The notes beneath the pieces are model-generated. The model made no database searches. It was not told the origin of the DNA and worked only from the letters and a program-made list of their open reading frames with translations. A DNA stretch of 64,000 nt, from the NCBI GenBank assembly GCA_020846365.1, contig JADLEA010000197.1:9584-73583 (forward strand), written 5' to 3'. The position numbers and the translations under genes were made by a program. Each line of letters starts with the position of its first letter. The first letter of the stretch is position 1. The DNA comes from Bacteroidota bacterium. GTDB lineage: Bacteria; Bacteroidota; Ignavibacteria; UBA10030; UBA6906. Shown one piece after another: positions 28,729 to 39,198 of this stretch.

Positions 28729-29691
28729 ATGACAAAGATGATGACAGTAGCTCTTCTCCAGGGGCCCCACCGCTTCTCGCTGGAAGAGCGTCCCATTCCC
28801 GTCCCCGGTCCGGATGAGATCCTTGTCCGGACGACATCCTGCGGGATTTGCACGTCAGAGATAGAAATCTGGAAGGGAAAGCTTCCCGATCTGGAATACC
28901 CCCGGTTCATCGGTCATGAACCATCCGGAATCGTGGAACATGCAGGCGCTGAGGTCAGCGGATTCGCTCCCGGTGATCATGTGGCCGTCTGGTCGGAAGG
29001 GAAAGCGTACGCTGAATACTTTGTATCGAAGGCCGACTACGCCTTCAGGCTCCGTCACGAGACAAACCTGGAGGAGGCGCTCGGAGAGCCCATCGCGTGC
29101 TCGGTAAATGGCGTGCGCAAGCTAGATCCCCAGCTCAATGATAGCGTGTGCATCGTAGGGTGCGGGTTCATGGGGCTCATCATGGTTCAGATCTTCCGGG
29201 CGCGGGGAGCGGGCACCGTCATCGCCGTCGACACCCGGAAGAGCATCCGGGATCTCTCGCTGCGGCTGGGTGCGACTCACGCGATGGACCCGGCAGAGAC
29301 GGACGTAGCCGCTGCGGTGAAGGACCTCACAGGCGGGCGCGGCGTGGATATTGGTGTGGAGGCGGCCGGCCTTCAGGCGACGCTCGACCTCACGGGGCAG
29401 GTCGTCCGCATGGAAGGGAAACTGGAGGTCTTCGGTTTTCACGTCGGCGAACCCCGCGCGGTACCATGGGGATTCTGGAACTGGATGGCATTCACCATCG
29501 TGAACGGCCCTGTGCGCAGTCCGCGCATGTACGTCGAGGGCATGACCACCGGGTTGACGATGCTCGAAGCGGGAACGTTGAAGATGGGGCCGCTGGTCAC
29601 ACACCGGTTCCCCCTTCGAGAGATCGATCGCGCATTCCAGGTCGCGGCTGCGAAAGACGAAGGTTTTGTCAAAGGCATCATCACGGAGTGA
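28729..29691 (+). CDS. Zinc-dependent alcohol dehydrogenase family (MDR) oxidoreductase
   Basis: The catalytic-zinc region is CGICTSE...GHEPSGIVEHAG. The Rossmann motif is VGCGFMGL. Confidence 0.8.
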   Translation: MTKMMTVALLQGPHRFSLEERPIPVPGPDEILVRTTSCGICTSEIEIWKGKLPDLEYPRFIGHEPSGIVEHAGAEVSGFAPGDHVAVWSEGKAYAEYFVSKADYAFRLRHETNLEEALGEPIACSVNGVRKLDPQLNDSVCIVGCGFMGLIMVQIFRARGAGTVIAVDTRKSIRDLSLRLGATHAMDPAETDVAAAVKDLTGGRGVDIGVEAAGLQATLDLTGQVVRMEGKLEVFGFHVGEPRAVPWGFWNWMAFTIVNGPVRSPRMYVEGMTTGLTMLEAGTLKMGPLVTHRFPLREIDRAFQVAAAKDEGFVKGIITE

Positions 29692-29753
29692 GAGTTCACC
29701 GTCAACGATACTCAGCTGTGTTTGCGAAGCTCAACTTGAGACGGAGGTGCACC

Positions 29754-32624
29754 ATGGATCGATCGCCGAGAATTGTGGCTCTCACCGTTCTCGTGCTGGC
29801 GTTCTCCGCGCTGGTCTTTCTCCCGGGTACTCCCGCGGCCAGGGCACAGGGCAACACCGGGAAGATTTCGGGAAGGGTCAGCGACGCGAAGACCAGAGAG
29901 CCCCTGGTCGGAGTGAACGTCCTCGTCCAGGGCACCAGCCGCGGAGGGGCGACGGATGTGCAGGGCGACTTCTTCATCGCCAACCTCCCGCCGGGCGTGT
30001 ACGTGTTAAAAGCCCGGCAGGTGGGGTACAGGGACGTCACGGTGACCGACGTCCGCGTGCGCGTGGATGCGACCACGGAGGTGAATTTCGCAATGGAGGA
30101 GACGGTCCTGGATATCGGCCAGGAGGTGGTCATCACGGCACAACGGCCGCCGGTGCAAAAGGATAATACTGCCACCCGCGTGTTTATCGAATCCAGCGAC
30201 ATCATCAACCGCCCCGCCACCGGCGTCTCGGAAGTGGTGACGACGCTGCCGAGCATCAACTTCGAAGGGGGCGGCGTCAGAGTGCGCGGAGGAGCCCTGA
30301 ATGAAGTGTCATTCCTGGTGGACGGCGCGCGGGCAAGGAATCCGATGAACCAGGAGGCGTACACCAACATCAACCTGAGCTCCATTCAGGAATTGGAGGT
30401 CATCACGGGCTCGTTCAATGCCGAGTACGGCGAAGCCCGTTCGGGGGTTTTCAACGTCATTACGAAAGAGGGAGGCGATCAATACCAGTTCTACCTCGAT
30501 GCACGCTACACTCCTCCGGGAGTGAAACACTGGGGACCTTCCCTCTATGACACCGAAACCCCCGTCTACTGGGAAAACTCGCACGCCCGGCATCTCCAGT
30601 GGTGGATCGACAACCCGGATCAATGGGTGGATGCGGCAGGCAGATACGGCAACGACCCCAACTGCGCGCTGTCGCCCGAACAGGCCCACCAGGAATACCT
30701 CTCAACCCATCAGCCGCTCACAGAGTACGACAAGATTCCCAGCTACCTCGCAGAGGCCAGCTTCGGAGGTCCCGTGCCGGGCGTCGATGCCATGCGCTTC
30801 TTTGTGTCCGGAAAGTACCGGAGCGAAGCGCCGTTGATGGGGAACGCCTATCGCGACAGGGGGACCTTCTTTGACGGCACCGCCAAGCTCTCGTACAATC
30901 TCGACGCCGGCACCAAGATCCTGCTCTCGGGATTCCTCGGTACGGAACGGACATCCTGGGGCGTGGACTGGTACAACATCGATGACTGGGCACGGAACAT
31001 GGCCCTCGATTCACGGTATGCGTACATGGATTACTATGGCCTTCCCACGTCGCAAACCGACGGGCAGAGCCTCAAGCTCACCCACGTCGTCGATGAGGCC
31101 ACCATGTGGGAGGTGAAAGTCTCCCGCGTGTTTGCTCTCCGGCGCGTGGAGCCGTTCCCGGACGACCCGATCGGATGGGAAGCCACGGAAGCGACACGGG
31201 ACAATCTGCGGGGGTACGAAACATACGTCGACGCTTCCGGGCAGTCGTATGTCCGTGATGCCATCGGCGGCAATCAGAACAGGGTGGGCTTCCATACGCT
31301 CGGCTACTACTACAGGTTCGACAGTAAGAACACCGACTGGACGCTCTCCGGTTTTTATTCGAGCCAGATCAACAAGAACTGGCAGCTGAAATCCGGCGCA
31401 GAGTTCACCTACTACGTGCTGGATCAGTACAATGAGTCCAAACTGCCTCCCCGGACCGACGACAATACGTACAATCCGTTCCAGGGCGCAGTGTACGTAC
31501 AGAACAAACTGGAATTCGGCGGGTTCGTCATGAATGCCGGCATCCGCCTGGATTTCTACAATCCCAATGATGTCACGTATCTCGACCTCTTCGATCCACT
31601 CGGCGGCGCGACCGGCACAACCAAGATGTTTGCGCAGGTCAGCCCCCGTCTGGGCATCTCCCATCCCATCGACGAAAACACCGTCCTTCATTTTTCCTAC
31701 GGCCACTTTTTCGAGCGGGGTCCGTTCGGTGACTACGGGGAAGGCACGGATGATTCTGAGGCGCTGGGGAGCCTCACGTCCTTCATCGTCACAGGCACGG
31801 CCAGCCCATGGGTGCTCGGGAACCGGAACACAAAGCCCGAGAAGACCGTCTCCTACGAGCTCGGCATTGAGCGGAACTTCTTTGATGAGTTCATTCTCGG
31901 CGTGACCGCATACTACAAAGACATCCGGAACACCCTCCGCGTCGTGACAATTGAGAGCCCCATCGGGATCTACCGGACCAACGGCAACGGGAACTACGGA
32001 GATGTGCGGGGGATCGAGCTCTCCCTCCGGAAGCAACCGACCAGGCACAGCTGGGGGACCATGTGGGGGTATGTCAATTTCACCACCCAGATCGGCATCT
32101 ATGGCCGTGGCGGCGATCCGCTCTCCATCTCCCCAACGCGCGTCACCTATGGCACCAGCGGGGATGACATCGCCTACAACAACCCGCGTCTGAAGGCCGG
32201 TCTCTACTACGAAACGCCCGAGTCGCAGTTCCTGGGAGGCGCCTTTGACAACCTCAGCGTGTCCTTTGACTACATCGCGGTGTTTCCGAATGAGAAACTC
32301 CTCGGGGACGCCTTCGAGAACGGCGGGAACCGGTATCTGCGCCCCGTTGACCAGAACACCAACATGAAAGTCCGCAAGGATTTTGTGATCGCAGGTGCCT
32401 CGATGCGGGTGGGGGTCTACATGGAGGTGCGGAATCTCTTCAACGCCAGAATGCTGAACTTCCCGACGTTCACCGGCGCATCCACGGAAGACCAGGCACG
32501 CTTCGCGACGAGCGGATTCAGCTACATCCCATCCGTGACAGCCACGGGTGCTCCGATACTGGAATTCGCGAAGTACAGAAATCTCCCCCGCCTGATTGTG
32601 TTCGGCGCAACGCTCGAATTGTGA
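29754..32624 (+). CDS. TonB-dependent outer membrane receptor with an N-terminal carboxypeptidase-regulatory-like domain
   Basis: A signal peptide is present (MDRSPRIVALTVLVLAFSALVFLPGTPAARAQG). A CarbopepD_reg-like beta-sandwich (GKISGRVSDAKTREPLVGVNVLV...) precedes a plug region (VRVRGGALNEVSFLVDG) and a large beta-barrel with a C-terminal Phe region. The upstream part of the ORF-finder frame (29148-29753) overlaps the ADH gene in another frame and is not coding. Confidence 0.75.
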   Translation: MDRSPRIVALTVLVLAFSALVFLPGTPAARAQGNTGKISGRVSDAKTREPLVGVNVLVQGTSRGGATDVQGDFFIANLPPGVYVLKARQVGYRDVTVTDVRVRVDATTEVNFAMEETVLDIGQEVVITAQRPPVQKDNTATRVFIESSDIINRPATGVSEVVTTLPSINFEGGGVRVRGGALNEVSFLVDGARARNPMNQEAYTNINLSSIQELEVITGSFNAEYGEARSGVFNVITKEGGDQYQFYLDARYTPPGVKHWGPSLYDTETPVYWENSHARHLQWWIDNPDQWVDAAGRYGNDPNCALSPEQAHQEYLSTHQPLTEYDKIPSYLAEASFGGPVPGVDAMRFFVSGKYRSEAPLMGNAYRDRGTFFDGTAKLSYNLDAGTKILLSGFLGTERTSWGVDWYNIDDWARNMALDSRYAYMDYYGLPTSQTDGQSLKLTHVVDEATMWEVKVSRVFALRRVEPFPDDPIGWEATEATRDNLRGYETYVDASGQSYVRDAIGGNQNRVGFHTLGYYYRFDSKNTDWTLSGFYSSQINKNWQLKSGAEFTYYVLDQYNESKLPPRTDDNTYNPFQGAVYVQNKLEFGGFVMNAGIRLDFYNPNDVTYLDLFDPLGGATGTTKMFAQVSPRLGISHPIDENTVLHFSYGHFFERGPFGDYGEGTDDSEALGSLTSFIVTGTASPWVLGNRNTKPEKTVSYELGIERNFFDEFILGVTAYYKDIRNTLRVVTIESPIGIYRTNGNGNYGDVRGIELSLRKQPTRHSWGTMWGYVNFTTQIGIYGRGGDPLSISPTRVTYGTSGDDIAYNNPRLKAGLYYETPESQFLGGAFDNLSVSFDYIAVFPNEKLLGDAFENGGNRYLRPVDQNTNMKVRKDFVIAGASMRVGVYMEVRNLFNARMLNFPTFTGASTEDQARFATSGFSYIPSVTATGAPILEFAKYRNLPRLIVFGATLEL

Positions 32625-32643
32625 GACCATGGAGAATAGAACC

Positions 32644-34854
32644 ATGAGAGTAGACCGGATTACCCCTGCATGGATCCTCCTTGCATTGCTCGCAATCTTC
32701 CCCGGCATCGCGATGAGCCAGCCGGGCGCCGAACTGCAGCATACGAGGGGACGGCTATGGGAGAATCTTGTGAACGACGGGATGATCGGAAGTCTTGCAG
32801 CGTGGGATTTCGAGGTGTATGCCCCGCTCGGGTTCTTCCCGGGATTTGCAGGATGGACCCATCCGATCGGCAACGAGAACAAGGCCGTCAACACTTTCTC
32901 CAATGCGAACTTCCACAATTTCCGTTCGGGGTGCTGGATCGTGGCGAAAGATGTGATCACGGTTGGCCAGCCGCCCACCTACCTGCAGGCGCCGCACGCG
33001 TTCGAGAGTTCGACGACCGGTTTGCAGGATGGTTCGTACGGGCTGGAGAACGCGCTTCAACCTCTGGTGAGAGTGGAGAATTTCAGCGATCGACCCGGTT
33101 TCGATCCGCTCCTGCCGGAAGAGTTGATTACGGCGCAGTGGAACACCAATCTGGGCATTACGGTGACCCGGCGCTCCTACACATGGAGTTTCCCCGGATA
33201 CAGGGACTTCATCATCTACGACTACGTCTTCAGGAACACCGGTCTCATCGTCTGCACATACACGAGCGCTCTTCCGCCTGATTCTCTGCTCCCCCGGTTC
33301 CGCCAGACCATCAAGGACGCGTATTTCGTCTTCCACTCGGGCATCTCCGTCTCCACCAAGAGCCAGATCAACTTCTATGACGACGTCTATGCGATCATGG
33401 CGGGCGGATTCGGATGGGATCAGAAAGCGTATCACGACTACTACCATATTCATGACGATGGGGAGCTGGTCTTCTCGACGAACTTCGACGGCGGCAAGTA
33501 TCCGCCTCACTTCAATACCTATGCCGAGAAGACCCCCTCGGAATGGCAGACGCGATTCGGTTCGGAGCTTATGAGCCCGTCCGCCTTCGGATGGGTTGCA
33601 TTGTATGCAAGCCCCAGGACTGGCGGCGGACCCCGGCTCACGCCAAAGCCGGATGTGTTGCGCGTGGATTCCCATAAAGGGGGAAAGCTGAACAACCAGT
33701 CCTTGGACCTCGAGAAGTTTGTCCATTTGATGCGCGGCCACCGAGATTTCTACACATTCGCGACGACCGCCGACACGCAGGCGGCGCTTGGTAACTCCGG
33801 TAACAGGGAGAATTTCTACACCTTCTCCTACGGACCGTACACGATTGCGCCGGGGGATTCTGTCCGGGTGATTGTGGGGGAGATCGCCGGCGTCATGGAC
33901 ATGCACGAAGCTATCAACGGGGATCCCCAGGGGCACTTCCCGGACAGCTCGATTGCCGCAATCCGGAGAAACGCGGCTTTTGCGCGTCAGGCGGTGGCTT
34001 GGGGAGTGGGCGGCACAGCCGGCGGCATGCCGATTGCCGCGGACGTCCCCGAACCTCCGCCTCCGCCCACGTGTGACGCGGTGAATGCATCCTTCGGCAC
34101 CGACGTCCCCATCATCTCGGTCGTGTGGGAGAAACAGGCCGAAACGGCGCAGATCCTTGATGCGTCGGGGCAAACCTTCTACTCCGGTGCAACGGACCTT
34201 GCAGGGTACCGGATTTACCGTTCCACGGATTTCCAGTACTCCAGCGAAAGTGAACTCCCCGCTTTTCGCGGGGAGGCATGGGAACTCGTCGGAGACATCC
34301 CCATTGGCACTGCCCCCCAGTACTTTGACACTCAGGAAGGGCGATACCGCTACAACGACAGCACCGTGACCTTCGGATTCCGGTATGGCTACTACGTCTC
34401 GGCATATCGGAGCGCAAATCCGGCCAAGACTTGGACGTCGGCGAACGGCACGGTTATTACCGGCATCCCCGAGCTCGAGAGCGGAAGCGTGAACAAGACG
34501 CTCCCGACGAGTGCGGCACCCGGGCCTGTCCCCACGATGGACATTTTCGTTGCTCCGAATCCCTACGTGTACGGCGACCCGGAACGGAGCTTCGGACGTG
34601 CCAACCCCTTCGGTCTGGAGTTCCGGAACCTGCCCGAAGCGTGCACGATCAAGATCTACACGCTCGTCGGTGACCTGGTCCGGACTCTGGAACACAAGCC
34701 CGACGCCCGGGGCGGTGTGTACGGCAGCGAAGGGTGGGATAAAAAAAGCGACTCCGGTCTGCTTGTGGCTCCCGGACTGTACGTGTACCACGTCATTTCC
34801 ACGACGCCGGGACTGGACCGCACGCTGACCGGCAAACTCGTGATCATCCGCTGA
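32644..34854 (+). CDS. Hypothetical secreted protein (736 aa) with a C-terminal divergent T9SS-like / FlgD-Ig-like sorting domain
   Basis: A signal peptide is present (MRVDRITPAWILLALLAIFPGIAMSQ). The last ~110 aa (FVAPNPYVYGDP...CTIKIYTLVGDLVRTLEH...GLYVYHVIS...GKLVIIR) follow the beta-sandwich pattern of T9SS C-terminal domains. No catalytic motif was recognised in the N-terminal 600 aa. Confidence 0.55.
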   Translation: MRVDRITPAWILLALLAIFPGIAMSQPGAELQHTRGRLWENLVNDGMIGSLAAWDFEVYAPLGFFPGFAGWTHPIGNENKAVNTFSNANFHNFRSGCWIVAKDVITVGQPPTYLQAPHAFESSTTGLQDGSYGLENALQPLVRVENFSDRPGFDPLLPEELITAQWNTNLGITVTRRSYTWSFPGYRDFIIYDYVFRNTGLIVCTYTSALPPDSLLPRFRQTIKDAYFVFHSGISVSTKSQINFYDDVYAIMAGGFGWDQKAYHDYYHIHDDGELVFSTNFDGGKYPPHFNTYAEKTPSEWQTRFGSELMSPSAFGWVALYASPRTGGGPRLTPKPDVLRVDSHKGGKLNNQSLDLEKFVHLMRGHRDFYTFATTADTQAALGNSGNRENFYTFSYGPYTIAPGDSVRVIVGEIAGVMDMHEAINGDPQGHFPDSSIAAIRRNAAFARQAVAWGVGGTAGGMPIAADVPEPPPPPTCDAVNASFGTDVPIISVVWEKQAETAQILDASGQTFYSGATDLAGYRIYRSTDFQYSSESELPAFRGEAWELVGDIPIGTAPQYFDTQEGRYRYNDSTVTFGFRYGYYVSAYRSANPAKTWTSANGTVITGIPELESGSVNKTLPTSAAPGPVPTMDIFVAPNPYVYGDPERSFGRANPFGLEFRNLPEACTIKIYTLVGDLVRTLEHKPDARGGVYGSEGWDKKSDSGLLVAPGLYVYHVISTTPGLDRTLTGKLVIIR

Positions 34855-34865
34855 GGAGAGTACCC

Positions 34866-35849
34866 ATGAAACGACATCTGGCACTATGCGCATGTGTCCT
34901 TGCCCTGGGTACGAGTGGTGCTCTCGGCGAGGATTTCAACAAAGCTGGCCGGACTGTGATGCAGTTTTTGAAGATCGGCATCGGCGGGCATCAATCCGCG
35001 CTCGGAGAGTGCGGCGTGGTGGCGGTCCGCGACGTGAACTCCATGTTCTGGAACCCCGCAGGCATATCGGGCATCCAAAACGTTGAGGCCTCGTTCTCCT
35101 ATAACAACTGGTTTGTCGACTTGAAGTATTTAGCCGGCGCGGCCGGCGTCCGGATTCCCGACGTCGGCATTGTCAGCGTTGGGTTCGCCTCCCTGGACTA
35201 CGGCAACATCCAGGAAGCGCTTGTCCGCGGCCAGGGAACTTCCAGCGACACGCGCACGGGCGGAACGTTCGGCGGGGGAGACATGATGGTGAGTCTCAGC
35301 TTCGCACGAGAGTTCAGCGATCAGCTGGCCATCGGTCTCACCGGCAAATATGTTCGCGAAAAGCTCTTCAACTATTCGGCCGGTGCATTCGCCTTCGATG
35401 TGGGAACGTACTACAACACGGGTTTCAAGGGGATCCGGTTCGGCATGAGCTTCCAGAATTTCAGCGAATCGGTCAAGTTCCTCGATCAGGGCGCGAGAGA
35501 GGAAGGGTACGACCTCCCGCTGGTCTTCCGGCTGGGGGCATCCTTTGATCTCGTGGAAGAGAAAGACGGCTTCATCCCTCTGGGAGATGATCATCGGGTA
35601 GTCATGTCCTTTGAAGCGCTGAATACGAACGACTTCGGCGAACGCTATCACGTGGGCGCGGAATACTCCTTCATGGACTTCATCCATCTCAGAGGGGGAT
35701 ATCGCTTCAACTACGCCGAAGGGAACCTTTCGTTCGGCGTCGGCCTGCAGAAACAACTTTCGTCCATCTTCGTTTCGGTCGACTATTCGTTCGTCAGTTA
35801 CGAGTTTCTCGAATCTCCTCACCGTGTCACGCTGACCGTCGCCTTCTGA
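34866..35849 (+). CDS. Outer membrane beta-barrel protein of the PorV/PorQ/FadL-like family
   Basis: A signal peptide is present (MKRHLALCACVLALGTSGALG). The N-terminal FLKIGIGGHQSALGECGVVAVRDVNSMFWNPAGIS matches the FL.IG.GARA.GMGGA..A..DDA.A..WNPAG motif of PorV/PorQ/FadL-like barrels. Alternating beta-strand patterns run to a C-terminal aromatic residue. Confidence 0.5.
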   Translation: MKRHLALCACVLALGTSGALGEDFNKAGRTVMQFLKIGIGGHQSALGECGVVAVRDVNSMFWNPAGISGIQNVEASFSYNNWFVDLKYLAGAAGVRIPDVGIVSVGFASLDYGNIQEALVRGQGTSSDTRTGGTFGGGDMMVSLSFAREFSDQLAIGLTGKYVREKLFNYSAGAFAFDVGTYYNTGFKGIRFGMSFQNFSESVKFLDQGAREEGYDLPLVFRLGASFDLVEEKDGFIPLGDDHRVVMSFEALNTNDFGERYHVGAEYSFMDFIHLRGGYRFNYAEGNLSFGVGLQKQLSSIFVSVDYSFVSYEFLESPHRVTLTVAF

Positions 35850-35904
35850 CGCCGGGTGACCTGGAGAACGCCATCACGACCATAAGCATGAGAGGTTGAT
35901 TCCC

Positions 35905-38900
35905 ATGGCATTTGCCGAACACGTCCGCAACGGTGTTCCCCTGACCCGCGAGAATTTTGCCGAGCCCCCGGGCTCGATGGGCATTATCCCCTTCTGGTTC
36001 TGGAACGGGGACATGGATGAGCAGGAGATGATGTGGCAGCTGAAGGAGTACAAGGCGAAGGGAATCGACGCAATCTTCATCCACGGACGTTTCGGGCTCA
36101 CTGTGCCGTATGTCTCCGATGCGTGGTTTGAGAAGGTGAAGGCTGCCGTGAACATGGCAAAATCCATCGGGATTGACGCCTGGGTGTACGATGAAATGAA
36201 CTGGCCCAGCGGCACAGCCCAAAGGAAAGTTCCGACCCGGTATCCGCATCTCAGGCAGAAATACCTCGAACTGGTGGCACTGAACGTCGACGGCCCTCTT
36301 TTCACCTTCCTCGAAGCGACGGACAACCGCTACGTCAATACGGGGGATTCATGGCCGGTGGCAGCATTCGGGTGTACGGAGGAGGAATTTCAGACCGCCA
36401 TCACCCATCCCATCGATCTCACGCAGAACCTCTCGTTCGAAAAGGTCCTCCCCTGGGAAGCCCCGGCGGGCAAATGGCGGCTCCTGTATTTTCTCCAGAA
36501 GGAAATCCCCTATTACATCGACACGCTGAACCCCGAATCCACACAGAGGTTCATCGAACTGACGCACGAGCGCTACCGGCAGGCGGTCGGCGGGCACTTC
36601 GGAGGGACTGTCCCTGGATTCTACACCGATGAGCCGGCCATGCACTACTATCACGTCGGCATCGACAACTACGTCATTCCCTGGACGAGCCAGATGTTCA
36701 AGATCTTCCGTGAACGTCGCGGGTATGATCTGCGTCCCTGGCTCCCGGCGCTGTATCTGGACATGGGCCCCCGCACGGCCTCCGTCCGCTATGATTTCTG
36801 GCGCACGCTCACCGAGCAGTATGCGGAGACCTACTACGGACAGATCCGGGAATGGTGCGACAGAAACAACGTGCTCTTCACCGGGCATCTTCTTTTTGAG
36901 GAGTGGATGCGCATGCATGCGCGCTGCGAAGGAAACATCTTCCGCTACCTCGAAAAGATGCACATCGTCGGCGTGGACCATCTCTATCCCAAGATCGGCA
37001 CGGAACAGGAGCCGGATCAGCACGTCGCCCTCAAGCTCGCCAGCTCCGCGGCGCACCACTTCGGCAGCGCGCGGCTGTTGTGTGAATCCATGGGGGGGTC
37101 GTACTGGGATTGCACGCTCCAGCGGATGAAATGGATGGCGAACTGGGAATACGTGCTCGGGGTGAACCTGTTCAACAACCACGGCTATCACTACTCCATC
37201 GAAGGCGAGCGCAAACGGGATTGGCCGCCTTCGCAGTTCTACCATCACACATGGTGGAAGCACTATCCCGCCTTCACGTCGTACATGGCGCGCATCAGCC
37301 ACCTGTTGTCCGGAGGGAGACACGTCGCCAAGGTTCTGGTCCTGTATCCCCTGAACAGCATCTGGGCCAATTATGTGCCTCAGAAACGAACCGAAGTCGG
37401 CAATCTTACGGAATTCGATTTCAACTACCTGACCGATACGTTGCTGCGCCTCCACTACGATTTTGATTTCGTGGACGAAGATGTCCTGGCCGAAGCGACA
37501 ATAGGGAAGGGAGGCATCGGCATCCGGGATGAGAAATTCGAAGTCCTGATCCTGCCCCCGGTGACGCATATGAAAGGGTCCACGCTGAAGGTCATCAGGA
37601 AGTTCATCCGGGCCGGAGGTACCGTGATCGCCGACACCCTTCTTCCCGTCGAACTCCTGGAAACTCCGCGTCCGGATGCAACGCGAGAAGTGCAGGAGAT
37701 CTTCGGCGTTGATCCCCGCAAACTCCTCGCGGAGTTTTCCGCAAAAGGCCCTGTGCGTGTTGCAGTGCAGAGCAAGAACAGCACCGGCCACGTGCATCTG
37801 TTGCGGGGGAAGGGTCTGCATCACGGAACCGGACGTAAACAACTCGAACAGGTGTTGAGAAAGTCCTGCGTTCCGGACGTGACCATCAGCGAAGGGGATG
37901 TGTTCTACCTTCACCGCGTGAAGGATGGCTTTGATATCTACTTCCTGGCCAACACCAGTCAGGAAGAGAAACGGAACGTCCGGGTAACCTTCGAGAAAAT
38001 CGGGACGCCGGAGCTCTGGGATCCCAACACCGGAGCCATTCATCCTCTCCACCAGTTCGAAATCGCGCAGGGACGGCCCGCCCTGGTGCTGGATTTTGCG
38101 CCTGCCGACGCTCGTGTCATCGTACTCCGGAAAAAAATCGACGCCCCGTATGTTTCCGATGCTAACATCACAGTGACCGGCGTTTCCGCAACCGCGGTTC
38201 AAGGGTACGGAAATCCCGCCGGAAAGACGGCCCGCGCAGTGCTGGTGAACGGAAGGCAGCGCATACGATTGACTTCGCCGGCCAGAAAACCACTGCCCCC
38301 TGTTCTTCTTCCGCAGAAATGGGAGTTCAGATGTGACGGCGACAACGCGCTCCTGCTGTCACAGTGGCGCATGAGCATGGTCGGCGGTTTCGGTATGGAG
38401 TGCGCAGAGGCCGCCCCTGACATTGATGACACTTCCTGGCTGAGCGTGACTCAGGGGGCGTGGGAGATGCAGTTGCCTCAGGAGCGCGATGAAATGACAT
38501 ATCCGGTCTCGCTCTGGTACCGTACCTCGTTCGAGGCGGAATACATACCCTCCGATCTCCGCGTGATGATCGACGGGTTCAGCGGCAGCGCATACCGTCT
38601 GTTCGTCAACGGAACGGAAATTGTCGACAAGGGAAAACGCAGCACGTTGGATGCCGAGATCAAAGAAGTCCCTATCGCGCGGCATGTTCGCCAGGGCCGG
38701 AATGTCATTGCCGTTGCGCTTACCGCGCGCAAACGCACCGATGGCATGCTGGACCCGCTGAAGCTCGTGGGCGCATTCTCCCTGAAACCGGTGCAACACG
38801 GTCTTTCGATCTCCCGGCCCGCGGAATCGATGCGCGTAGGCGACTGGTGCATGCAAGGATATCCGTTCTTCTCGGGGACCGGGAGGTACATCGCCGATGT

Positions 38901-39198
38901 GCAGGTGCCCGAGCGATATTGTAACGGACGGCTCCAGCTGGAGGTACCATGCGGCCAGGATGTGCTCGAAGTTCTTGTCAACGACGCGCCCGCACCTCTG
39001 GTTCCATGGAGCCCGTACGCGGTAGACCTCACAGGTCTCGTGCGGCCGGGGATCAATCGGCTGGAGTTGCGCGTCACCAACACGCTGATCAATCTTCTGG
39101 AGGGTGTCAGAAAGGAATCGGGTGTTCTTGCCCGTCCCTCTCTCCGCCATTTCCACAACTACGAACTCCCGGTACATAGGACGAAGGGCGACGCATGA
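35905..39198 (+). CDS. Large glycoside hydrolase (about 1100 aa): N-terminal TIM-barrel of GH106-like type with C-terminal galactose-binding-like beta-sandwich domains
   Basis: The N-terminal pattern IIPFWFWNGDMDEQEMMWQLKEYKAKGIDAIFIH resembles rhamnosidase-type (GH106-like) barrels. The C-terminus has a jelly-roll like GH2 sugar-binding domains (SLWYRTSF...RLFVNGTEIV...GRNVIAVAL). An AGAGG ribosome-binding site lies 9 nt before ATG 35905; the ORF-finder start at 35896 is TTG. No signal peptide is evident. Confidence 0.6.
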   Translation: MAFAEHVRNGVPLTRENFAEPPGSMGIIPFWFWNGDMDEQEMMWQLKEYKAKGIDAIFIHGRFGLTVPYVSDAWFEKVKAAVNMAKSIGIDAWVYDEMNWPSGTAQRKVPTRYPHLRQKYLELVALNVDGPLFTFLEATDNRYVNTGDSWPVAAFGCTEEEFQTAITHPIDLTQNLSFEKVLPWEAPAGKWRLLYFLQKEIPYYIDTLNPESTQRFIELTHERYRQAVGGHFGGTVPGFYTDEPAMHYYHVGIDNYVIPWTSQMFKIFRERRGYDLRPWLPALYLDMGPRTASVRYDFWRTLTEQYAETYYGQIREWCDRNNVLFTGHLLFEEWMRMHARCEGNIFRYLEKMHIVGVDHLYPKIGTEQEPDQHVALKLASSAAHHFGSARLLCESMGGSYWDCTLQRMKWMANWEYVLGVNLFNNHGYHYSIEGERKRDWPPSQFYHHTWWKHYPAFTSYMARISHLLSGGRHVAKVLVLYPLNSIWANYVPQKRTEVGNLTEFDFNYLTDTLLRLHYDFDFVDEDVLAEATIGKGGIGIRDEKFEVLILPPVTHMKGSTLKVIRKFIRAGGTVIADTLLPVELLETPRPDATREVQEIFGVDPRKLLAEFSAKGPVRVAVQSKNSTGHVHLLRGKGLHHGTGRKQLEQVLRKSCVPDVTISEGDVFYLHRVKDGFDIYFLANTSQEEKRNVRVTFEKIGTPELWDPNTGAIHPLHQFEIAQGRPALVLDFAPADARVIVLRKKIDAPYVSDANITVTGVSATAVQGYGNPAGKTARAVLVNGRQRIRLTSPARKPLPPVLLPQKWEFRCDGDNALLLSQWRMSMVGGFGMECAEAAPDIDDTSWLSVTQGAWEMQLPQERDEMTYPVSLWYRTSFEAEYIPSDLRVMIDGFSGSAYRLFVNGTEIVDKGKRSTLDAEIKEVPIARHVRQGRNVIAVALTARKRTDGMLDPLKLVGAFSLKPVQHGLSISRPAESMRVGDWCMQGYPFFSGTGRYIADVQVPERYCNGRLQLEVPCGQDVLEVLVNDAPAPLVPWSPYAVDLTGLVRPGINRLELRVTNTLINLLEGVRKESGVLARPSLRHFHNYELPVHRTKGDA

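Noticed and set aside
29148-29753. 5' portion of the 1158-aa ORF 29148-32624, overlapping the alcohol dehydrogenase gene in another frame.
   Set aside because: It is an upstream read-through with no stop. The translation is Arg/Gly/His-rich nonsense. The real TonB-dependent receptor gene starts at ATG 29754 with a ribosome-binding site and a signal peptide.
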